Positions 28,780 to 36,272 of a stretch of 64,000 nt of DNA are shown here, piece after piece. The notes under the pieces were generated by a model. The model saw nothing but the letters and a program-made list of their open reading frames with translations. It was not told the DNA's origin and did no database searches. Origin of the DNA: an uncultured delta proteobacterium (GTDB taxonomy: Bacteria; Myxococcota_A; Polyangia; Polyangiales; Houyiibacteriaceae). Numbering within the stretch: position 1 is the stretch's first letter; the number at the start of each line of letters is the position of its first letter. The position numbers and the translations under genes were made by a program. The stretch lies in the NCBI GenBank assembly GCA_963699755.1, contig CAVOVB010000003.1, forward strand, positions 448,001 through 512,000, in the 5' to 3' direction.

Positions 28780-29273
28780 TCATTGAAGGTCCCCTTCGGC
28801 AAACATCAAGTGCGCCTGGCAAGCGAGCTTCGAGCCGATGAATGCTGTGTCGCCTGGTAAGAGAACGCAGCCCTGGCTGTGCACCCCACAGCCTCTGGCA
28901 AATCCGGCCGATTCATCCTGCGCCTCGACCAATGTCTTGTTCGGTAGGTCATTGAAGTTCACGCCCGTCACTTCCTCGATCGCGTCGATATCGCCTGCTG
29001 CGCTGCCGCAGCGCTGAACGCGTCGATGGCCGAGAGGTAGATATTCAGCTTGCCACCATACGCGGCATTGAGGCTCGGCCTGCTGAGACTCGTCGCCGTC
29101 GACAGGTCGTCCAACGAGGTCGCGGCATAATCCTGTTTGCGGAAGGACGCCGGCCCCCCAAAGAATGTTGAACAGACGACCGACCGAGTGTGGGGGAGCA
29201 GAAGCGCCCGCAGCCTCGCGGCACTGTCGACGCGTTGATCAGATCTTCTGGAGGTGTACCCGGTGCAGACCAC
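28780..29273 (-). pseudogene. Degraded TetR-family regulator
   Basis: FRKQDYAATSLDDLSTATSLSRPSLNAAYGGK..IYL resembles a TetR HTH; premature stop at 28968 and a scrambled N-terminus. Boundaries approximate. Confidence 0.65.
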
Positions 29274-29433
29274 CCCCCTTCCTTGTGTTGAAATCGTTTC
29301 GCGTGACGCGACAGATTTGCGTTTGCTCCCGCGCTCTTACATGGTCCTTCGTTCGCCGCAGCCGGAATGCCGACCCGTTTCGACGTGGTACATCTCTTGC
29401 AAGCTGCGAGACGCTCGCCCCCCAAGGTGGAGA

Positions 29434-29952
29434 ATGGATCTACACATGCGCATCCTATCGATCGGGTTCTTCGCGTGCTCGTTGTTCGTCGTGTTCCCGG
29501 GAGCTCGTTCGCTGGCGCAGGACTCGAGCGCCGCGCCGCAAGTCCAAGCTGCCCCTGAGCCTCCGCTGTGCGTTAGCGGTCGGCGTGGCTATCGCCCCTA
29601 CGACTACTACGACCTCGAAGAGGCGGAGCAGCGCAGTCGAATCGTCCGGAATGCGCTGATCGGTACCAGTGCGGCGCTTGCCACCGGCATCGTTCTCGCG
29701 GGGATCGGATCGTCGCAATGCAATCACGAGACCCAGTCGGACGGAAGCGACAGTTGGTCGTGCAACACTGCAGGAAACGTCTTGTGGGGGGTCGGCGGGG
29801 CCTTCATCGGACTCGGCACGATCGGGGCGCTCACGACGGGCATCATGCTCGGCGTCCGCAACAAGCAAAAGCGCGAGATCGAGTGGGACCTTCGACGCCG
29901 TTACCGCACCCGTATTCGTTGGGACGAGAGATCGGGCCAGTTCGTGTTCTAG
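29434..29952 (+). CDS. Secreted/membrane hypothetical protein
   Basis: GGAG RBS, signal peptide, two Gly-rich TM segments flanking a Cys pair, C-terminal Phe. Confidence 0.7.
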   Translation: MDLHMRILSIGFFACSLFVVFPGARSLAQDSSAAPQVQAAPEPPLCVSGRRGYRPYDYYDLEEAEQRSRIVRNALIGTSAALATGIVLAGIGSSQCNHETQSDGSDSWSCNTAGNVLWGVGGAFIGLGTIGALTTGIMLGVRNKQKREIEWDLRRRYRTRIRWDERSGQFVF

Positions 29953-29999
29953 CGGAGTCGACCTCATTCAGCGTTCACCTATTGGGAGACCGGGACAAC

Positions 30000-31007
30000 A
30001 TGAACTACTCGGCAGCAGTCAGCGAGACCTGGCGCCATCACGAGCTTGGCAACGCCAGACATGACTACGTGGGCCTGGTGCGGTATGCGACACTTGCCGC
30101 GTCCAGCCACAACACGCAGCCGTGGAAGTTCAAGCTCGAGCCGCGCAGGATTATGATTCGCCCGGACCTCTCACGACGCTGTCCGGAGGTCGATCCGGAT
30201 GATCATCACCTGTATGGAAGCCTGGGTTGTGCCGCCGAGAATTTGTTGCTGGCCGCCCAAGCCGGCGGCCTAGCAGGCCACTATTCCTACCATGCGTCCA
30301 CATCAAGTGTGCAAGTGGACTTCGAAGAGGCGACCCCCTTCCGCTCAGCCTTCTTCGAGGCCATCCCAAGGCGCCAGTGCAGTCGGGCCGACTACGACGG
30401 AAATTCGCTCTCCAATGACCGGCTCCGCCTGCTGGAGGAGGCCGGGCGCGGCGATGGAGTCTCGATCCTGCTTCTCACAGACAGCGCACGGAAAGAGCAG
30501 GTTGCCGAGTATGTCGCAGAGGGCAACACGGCCCAGTTCGGCGATCCTCAATGGGCCGAAGAGATGAGGAAGTGGATCCGTTTCAACGCTCGCAGCGCTG
30601 TGCGTACGGGGGACGGTCTGTACGGCGCGGTGCTGGGTATCCCCAACGTGCCCCGGTGGCTCGGGAAGCTCTTGATGCCCGTTGCGGTGTCGGCAGAGCG
30701 CCAGAACCAAAAGGACCTCAGACACATCCGAAGCTCCGCGGCAATCGCGGTGTTGTTCTCCGAACGCGACGACCAAGAGCACTGGATCGAGGCGGGGCGA
30801 AGCTACGAACGCCTTGCGCTCCAGGCCGCCGCGTTGGATCTGCGCACCGCCTTCATCAACCAGCCCGTCGAAGTTCCCGTTCTCCGCGCGCAGTTTGCCA
30901 GTTTTCTCGGCATCGCAAGTCGACGGCCGGACCTCGTGGTCCGGATCGGTCGAGGTCCTGAGATGCCGCGATCGTTGCGGCGGCCTGTGGAGCAAGTTCT
31001 CGTTTGA
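30000..31007 (+). CDS. Acg-family nitroreductase-like FMN-binding protein
   Basis: ATLAASSHNTQPWKF, DPDDHHLYGSLGCAAENL, WIEAGRSYERLAL, RSLRRPV. Confidence 0.88.
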   Translation: MNYSAAVSETWRHHELGNARHDYVGLVRYATLAASSHNTQPWKFKLEPRRIMIRPDLSRRCPEVDPDDHHLYGSLGCAAENLLLAAQAGGLAGHYSYHASTSSVQVDFEEATPFRSAFFEAIPRRQCSRADYDGNSLSNDRLRLLEEAGRGDGVSILLLTDSARKEQVAEYVAEGNTAQFGDPQWAEEMRKWIRFNARSAVRTGDGLYGAVLGIPNVPRWLGKLLMPVAVSAERQNQKDLRHIRSSAAIAVLFSERDDQEHWIEAGRSYERLALQAAALDLRTAFINQPVEVPVLRAQFASFLGIASRRPDLVVRIGRGPEMPRSLRRPVEQVLV

Positions 31008-31028
31008 GTCCGTTCGAAAGGAGTCCTG

Positions 31029-31550
31029 ATGGCACAGCAGGTCGACGGCGAGTTCGCGGGCCACTTCCTTGAACGTCTGTACGCGGCCGTGAATGCGCAC
31101 GACGCCAACGCCGTGGCCGCGCTCTGCTCAGAAGGCATCGTGTGGGAGGACCCAGCCGCGCCCGAAGCGCTGCACGGACGCGAGGCCGTGTGCCGGTTCC
31201 ACCGCGACATCATGTTCCGAGCAATTCCAGACGTGAAAATCGAGCTCGTCGACGGGCCGTACCTCGCTCTCAACGGCACGAGCGTCGCGGTTCGGTCGCG
31301 CATCAGTGGAACGATGACCGGGCCGCTGACACCGCCAGGCTTTGCGCCAACCGGGGGAGCCATCGAGTTCGAGACGGCGGAGTTCTCGCAGTTCGATGGC
31401 GACTTGCTCGCCCGCCACGCGGTGGTGCTAGACATGCTCGGACTGGCGCGCCAGATCCACGCGGTGCCCAAAGCGGGTAGCTTCGCCGATCGGTTCGGCG
31501 TCTGGCTCCAGCACATCGCCGCGCGCCGAGCACGAAGGCATCGGGCGTGA
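31029..31550 (+). CDS. SnoaL-like/ester cyclase (NTF2 fold) protein
   Basis: AVNAHDA..ALCSEGIVWEDP..GREAV, GTMTGPL..APTG, DMLGLARQ. Confidence 0.85.
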   Translation: MAQQVDGEFAGHFLERLYAAVNAHDANAVAALCSEGIVWEDPAAPEALHGREAVCRFHRDIMFRAIPDVKIELVDGPYLALNGTSVAVRSRISGTMTGPLTPPGFAPTGGAIEFETAEFSQFDGDLLARHAVVLDMLGLARQIHAVPKAGSFADRFGVWLQHIAARRARRHRA

Positions 31551-31604
31551 CGCCGGATCGAGCGACTCAGCTCGGAGAGCCTTCACGCCAAGGGATGAAT
31601 CACG

Positions 31605-32576
31605 ATGCACGCAAGACACTTCTTATGGATTGGGATCGCGGTCGCGGGGGCTTTACTGGCGGGCGGCGCCATCTATGGAGCGTTTTCAGCCGATCTTTCT
31701 GCCGAGCGCGCACGGGTGAACCAAGGAAGTGAGCTTTTTCAGAGCCGCTTTGGCGCGATGGAATACGCCGTGGCCGGAGACAAAGAAGGTCCGCCAGTCC
31801 TCATGGTCCACGGCACCGGTGGCGGCTTCGACCAGGGGCTCGGGGCGTCTGAACCCTTAATCGCTGCGGGTTATCGGATCATCGCACCGTCCCGGTTCGG
31901 CTATCTGCGCTCTGCGTTCCCGCAGGATCCGTCTTCGGAACATCAGGCGGATGCCATCGTAGATCTGATGGATCACCTCAGCATCGATCGCGCTCCGGTG
32001 ATCGGCGTTTCGGCCGGGGCGCTTCCGGCGATTCAGTTTGCGATCCGTCACCCAAACCGCTGTTCGGCGCTTGTGGCGGTTGTTCCCGCCACCTACGTGC
32101 CCGGCCGCGCGCCCGTCCGGCCGAACGCGCTGGGCGCGGCGATCATGGAATACGGGCTGCAATCGGATTTCCTGTTCTGGGCGGGCCTGCAGCTCGCCGA
32201 GGACACGATGATCCGCACACTCTTGGCTACGGACCCGGCGCTTGTGCATCAGGCCGCCTCCGCTGAGCAGGACCGGGCACGCTCCATTCTGCACGACATC
32301 CTGCCGGTAAGTATGCGAAGCAAGGGCCTCCTGAACGATGCCCAACTGGCGGGAACCCCGGCGCCGATGGATCTGGCGGCGATCACCGTGCCCACGCTGG
32401 CGATTTCGCTGCAGGACGACCGGTTCGGCACCTATTCCGCTGCCCGCCATATCGCGGCGTCCGTGACTGGCGCGAAGTTTGTGAGCTACCCAGTTGGCGG
32501 CCACGTCTTCGTCGGCCACGGACCGGAGCTCTTTGAGGAGATCAGCGCATTCCTGTCCGGGGTTCAGGGCAGTTGA
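31605..32576 (+). CDS. Alpha/beta hydrolase
   Basis: HGTGGGFDQG, APSRFGY, nucleophile elbow GVSAG, GGH. Confidence 0.9.
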   Translation: MHARHFLWIGIAVAGALLAGGAIYGAFSADLSAERARVNQGSELFQSRFGAMEYAVAGDKEGPPVLMVHGTGGGFDQGLGASEPLIAAGYRIIAPSRFGYLRSAFPQDPSSEHQADAIVDLMDHLSIDRAPVIGVSAGALPAIQFAIRHPNRCSALVAVVPATYVPGRAPVRPNALGAAIMEYGLQSDFLFWAGLQLAEDTMIRTLLATDPALVHQAASAEQDRARSILHDILPVSMRSKGLLNDAQLAGTPAPMDLAAITVPTLAISLQDDRFGTYSAARHIAASVTGAKFVSYPVGGHVFVGHGPELFEEISAFLSGVQGS

Positions 32577-32612
32577 GTTGGGTCAGGCTCCTGTGGAATT
32601 ATTCGGCCGCTC

Positions 32613-33363
32613 ATGACACCGAGACCCTCACTCGCCGAGCTTTGGGAGTCGACCACGCCGAGTCGCCACACATTCGACCCCAACGGCCTCGCCGGCTTGC
32701 CGGTGGCTGCGCAGCGTTTCCTGCGTCATGCCATTTCCCCCGGGGAGCCCTCTGGCGACGGCCGTGCGGCTCGACATGCACGGCGAGATCAAGCTCAGGC
32801 GATGGCTGCCGTTCAAGGCAGAAGAGATCATCCACCGGGAGCGCGGCATGATTTGGACGGCTACCGTTCGGAGCACCGGCTTGCTGTCCATCCACGGCTA
32901 CGACCGCTTCGTCGACGGCCAGGGCGCGATGTGTTGGAAGCTCCTGAAGATGATTCAAGTCATGCGTGCCTCTGGTCCTGACATCACTCGATCGGCGGCG
33001 GGACGATTCGCAGCGGAGCTGATCTGGTTGCCTTCCGCGCTCGCTCGCAGCGGCTTGTCTTGGTCTGACGAAGGATCCAACGAGGCGGTGGCGCGTATCA
33101 GCCTCCGACCTGAGGACATTGAGCTTCACTTGCACGTCGATGCCACGGGCGAACTTCAACGCGTCCAGCTCTCTAGGTGGGGCAATCCCGACGAAGCAGA
33201 GTATCGCCACGTCAGCTTTGGGGCCATCGTCGAGGAGCGGGGTACCTTCTCAGGTGTTACCATTCCGACCCGGATGCGGGTCGGCTGGTACTTCGGGACG
33301 GAACGGTTCGAGTCGGAGGGCGAGTTCTTCCGAGTCACGATTGACCACGCGACCTGGCGATAG
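32613..33363 (+). pseudogene. DUF6544-like protein with frameshift
   Basis: N-terminus (LPVAAQRFLRHAI) is in one frame and the remainder (LATAVRLDMHGEIKL...GEFFRVTI) in another; switch at TTTCCCCCGGGG near 32734-32745. Confidence 0.7.
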
Positions 33364-33496
33364 CGCACCCCTGAATCCTCACACGACATGCACTCGACCT
33401 GCTTGCGCTCATTCAGCTTCCGAATTGCATGGTTCAACCGCCCCGGCTTCACCGGAGGCTCTATCTGCTCGGCGACCTGCCACCAAGCTATATCGC

Positions 33497-34465
33497 TCAG
33501 ATCGTGATGACGACCTTGCCTTTGGAGTGCCCGGCGCCCACGTATCTGATGGCTTCCGCCGTTTCGCTCAGCGGATAGCGTCGATCGATCGTGGTTGCGA
33601 CCTGGCCGGCTTCGGTGAGCTCGATGATGGTGAGCAGGTCCTGCCGGTTGGGTTTCACGGTCAACATTCCGATGCTCTTGCTGCTTGTGCCGGAGACCCA
33701 TCCTCCAAAGAGCAGCGTCCGCGCGATCTGAGGGACGGACCCTCCGGCCGCCAGATAAGTTCCCCCGTCGCTCAGCGCGCGCTTCCAGGTGTACACCGAG
33801 CGGACTCCCACCACGTCGAGAATCAGGTCGTAACGCCCTCCGCGCTGGGCGAAATCCTCCTGCGTGTAGTCGACGACGTGGTCGGCACCCAGCGCGCGCA
33901 TCCAGTCGAGCTTCTCCGTCTTGTCCACGCCCGTCACTTCCGCTCCGAGTGACTTGGCGAGCTGCACCGCGAAGGAGCCTGCTCCGCCCCCCGCACCGTT
34001 GATGAGAACCTTCTGACCGGACTTCAGCCGCCCTTTGTCGCGGAGCGCCTGAACGGCGATGAAACCCGATTCCGGCAAGCTCGCAGCTTCCTCGAACGTC
34101 AGCCACGCAGGCTTGCGGACCAGCGGTGCGCGCTGCGGTACGCAAACGTACTCGGCGAAGGCGCCCAAACCACACTCGAGAATGTCTCCGAAGACCTCGT
34201 CGTCCATTTCAAACTCCGTGACCTTCCGGCCGACCGCTTCAATTCGTCCTGCAAGGTTGCAACCGAGGATCCGAACCTTGGGTCTCAGGAGCCCAAAATC
34301 GACGAGCCGGACCCAGGCCGGCTTGCCTCGCAGGATTTCCGTGTCGCCTTTGTTGACCGAGGCCGCACGCACCCTCACCAACACTTCATCCTCTGCTGGT
34401 GTCGGTCTCGGGATTTCCTCCACCCGTAGAACGTCGGGCGATCCATACTCGTCGCGGACAACACG
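33497..34465 (-). CDS. NAD(P)-dependent alcohol dehydrogenase/quinone reductase (MDR family), start codon apparently eroded
   Basis: VVRDEYGSPDVL, VLVRVRAASVN, INGAGGGAGSFAVQLAK, LGADHVVDY, KGKVVI. No in-frame start found directly before VVRDEYG. Confidence 0.85.
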   Translation of the reverse strand, partial: RVVRDEYGSPDVLRVEEIPRPTPAEDEVLVRVRAASVNKGDTEILRGKPAWVRLVDFGLLRPKVRILGCNLAGRIEAVGRKVTEFEMDDEVFGDILECGLGAFAEYVCVPQRAPLVRKPAWLTFEEAASLPESGFIAVQALRDKGRLKSGQKVLINGAGGGAGSFAVQLAKSLGAEVTGVDKTEKLDWMRALGADHVVDYTQEDFAQRGGRYDLILDVVGVRSVYTWKRALSDGGTYLAAGGSVPQIARTLLFGGWVSGTSSKSIGMLTVKPNRQDLLTIIELTEAGQVATTIDRRYPLSETAEAIRYVGAGHSKGKVVITI

Positions 34466-34564
34466 CTCACCCGCGACGCGCTTCAGATGACATTCATTCC
34501 AGCGGCCGATGCCGCCGTAGCAATGGCACGCAGCCTCATCGAACTGAAGGTCGTGTAGCGCCCT

Positions 34565-34690
34565 TCAGGCTGTCGCCCTCACTCGACGAAGTGCGTTACA
34601 GTCACGCAGGAGGACAACCGAGGTATTCCGACTTCGCATCCTTGGGGTCACCAGGATCAGAGTCCCCGCCTTGGCCGAGCTTCTTCTTTG
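34565..34690. repeat. Junction R8, degenerate (core 34643-34652)
   Basis: Minus strand encodes VTPRMRSRNTSVVLLRDCNALRRVRATA* (both Trp lost); eroded hairpin + T-run. Confidence 0.75.
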
Positions 34691-34714
34691 CGGGATCTCT
34701 TTTGGGGGTGCGAG

Positions 34715-36202
34715 TCAAACCCGGGCGCGGAGGGCTGCCTCGAGCGCGTCGCACACGGTCTCGAACACCTGAATGCGAGCGCTGCGTTTGTCGTTGGCGG
34801 GAACCAAATGCCACGGTGCCAAATCGGTGCTGGTGCGCGCCACCATCTCCTCCACGGCCGCTTCGTACTGGGGCCACTTCTCGCGATTGCGATGGTCTTC
34901 GGGCGTGAGCTTGTACCGTTTGAAGGGCGTCTGCGCGCGGGCCGAGAAGCGCTCGAGCTGGGTCTCCGGATCGATGTGCATCCAGAACTTGAGGACCGGC
35001 ATGCCGTGCTCTACGAGCTGCTCCTCGAAGTCGTTGATCTCCGCGTAGGCGCGGCGCCACTCGTGCTCCTGCGCCAAGCGCTCGACGCGCTCCACCAGCA
35101 CCCGCCCGTACCAGCTCCGGTCGCAGATCAGCATGCGCCCCGCCGCGGGCAGCCGCCGCCAGAAGCGCCACAGATAGTGGTGCGCCAGCTCCTCGGACGT
35201 CGGCGCGGCCACCGGCATCACCCGATAGTCCTGCACGTCCATGGCGCGGGTCATCCGCCGGATCACGCCTCCCTTGCCGGAGGCGTCCCAACCTTCGAAG
35301 AGCACGGCGCTCCCCACGCCGTGCTCGCGGCAGCGACGGCTGAGCTCCCACAGCCGGCCCTGGAGCTCGCGCAATCGTTCCTTGTATTCCTCGGGCGGTA
35401 GCTCGGAGCCGAGATCGAGGGAAGCGAGGACTCCTGCGTGATTCCGCTGCTTGCCCTGGGCCAGCTCGCCCGTCGCCACCGGGGGTAGCCAAGACGGTTC
35501 GGCGAGGCGCGCGACCAGCGCGTCGCGGATGACGCGAGCGACGACGAGGTTGCGGTGGCGCGCATCGCTGCTCTCCACCAAGTGCCAGGGCGAGGCCGCC
35601 GTGCTGGTCCGCCGCAACAGGGCTTCGATGAGGGGCTTGGCCTCGTCGTAGCGCTCATAGAGCTCTAGATCGATGTCGTCGAGCCGCACGCTATTCGGCG
35701 ACTTCCTGGCCTTCGCCAGTCGCTTGCGGCGCTTGTCCGGTGGCAGATGCAGCCAAATCTTGAGCAGCAGCACGCCGTCGTCTACGAGCGTCTGTTCGAT
35801 ACGGCGCGCATGCTCCAGGCGCTGCGCCGCCTCCTCAGCGTCGCTCTCGCAGGTGAGTCGGTCGGCCAGCAGGCCGAGGCCGTAGCCGCCGGCAAACACA
35901 CCGATTTCGCCCCGCGCCGGCAGGACCTGCCAGTATCGCCAAAAGCGAGGGTAGTGGCGTTCGTACACCCTGCGTCGGCCGAAGAAATGAGCGTCCAAGT
36001 AGCGCGCGTCCATCCACTGGTGCAGGAGGTTCAGCACCTCCCTCAAGGCCTCGCGGTCGTCCCCCGAGAGCACGATCATCACGGGGACATCGCTCGTGCG
36101 CAGCTCGAACTGGGCGTTCAGCAGATCGACCCGCAGCCGCGGCAGGGACTCCTCGTACTCCTCCTTGGAGACCTTCGCTCCCACCTCTGCGACTTCTAGC
36201 AT
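34715..36202 (-). CDS. pap: Polyphosphate:AMP phosphotransferase (two-domain PPK2)
   Basis: Two PPK2 domains; the C-terminal one has FEGWDASGKGG, HYLWRFW, DRSWYGRVLVER, EINDFE. Confidence 0.9.
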   Translation of the reverse strand: MLEVAEVGAKVSKEEYEESLPRLRVDLLNAQFELRTSDVPVMIVLSGDDREALREVLNLLHQWMDARYLDAHFFGRRRVYERHYPRFWRYWQVLPARGEIGVFAGGYGLGLLADRLTCESDAEEAAQRLEHARRIEQTLVDDGVLLLKIWLHLPPDKRRKRLAKARKSPNSVRLDDIDLELYERYDEAKPLIEALLRRTSTAASPWHLVESSDARHRNLVVARVIRDALVARLAEPSWLPPVATGELAQGKQRNHAGVLASLDLGSELPPEEYKERLRELQGRLWELSRRCREHGVGSAVLFEGWDASGKGGVIRRMTRAMDVQDYRVMPVAAPTSEELAHHYLWRFWRRLPAAGRMLICDRSWYGRVLVERVERLAQEHEWRRAYAEINDFEEQLVEHGMPVLKFWMHIDPETQLERFSARAQTPFKRYKLTPEDHRNREKWPQYEAAVEEMVARTSTDLAPWHLVPANDKRSARIQVFETVCDALEAALRARV

Positions 36203-36272
36203 TGCGTTGCGAGCATACACCGAGGTCGCGGCCGGGGTCACCACCGTGAGAGCCTGGGTCAGGTCTTTGTTG

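Larger units (their letters stand above)
15912..34690. mobile_element. tRNA-Glu-anchored genomic island built from eight tandem cassette-like units
   Basis: Starts at the tRNA 3' end next to an integrase remnant; eight repeats of the tRNA 3' core with conserved flanks; accessory cargo, a TA pair and pseudogenes. Confidence 0.85.

Noticed and set aside
17525..34652. The ~28-bp repeats as a CRISPR array
   Set aside because: Spacing is 0.76-6 kb with whole genes between copies, and there are no cas genes.
15964..34690. Classical integron (IntI + attC)
   Set aside because: Junctions lack the RYYYAAC...GTTRRRY attC palindrome and instead contain a tRNA 3' core. The integrase shows no recognisable IntI-specific insertion.
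36234..36243. GGGGTCACCA as a ninth junction
   Set aside because: No GTTCCAAC arm, no SWN/W peptide pattern and no downstream hairpin; likely chance in high-GC DNA.
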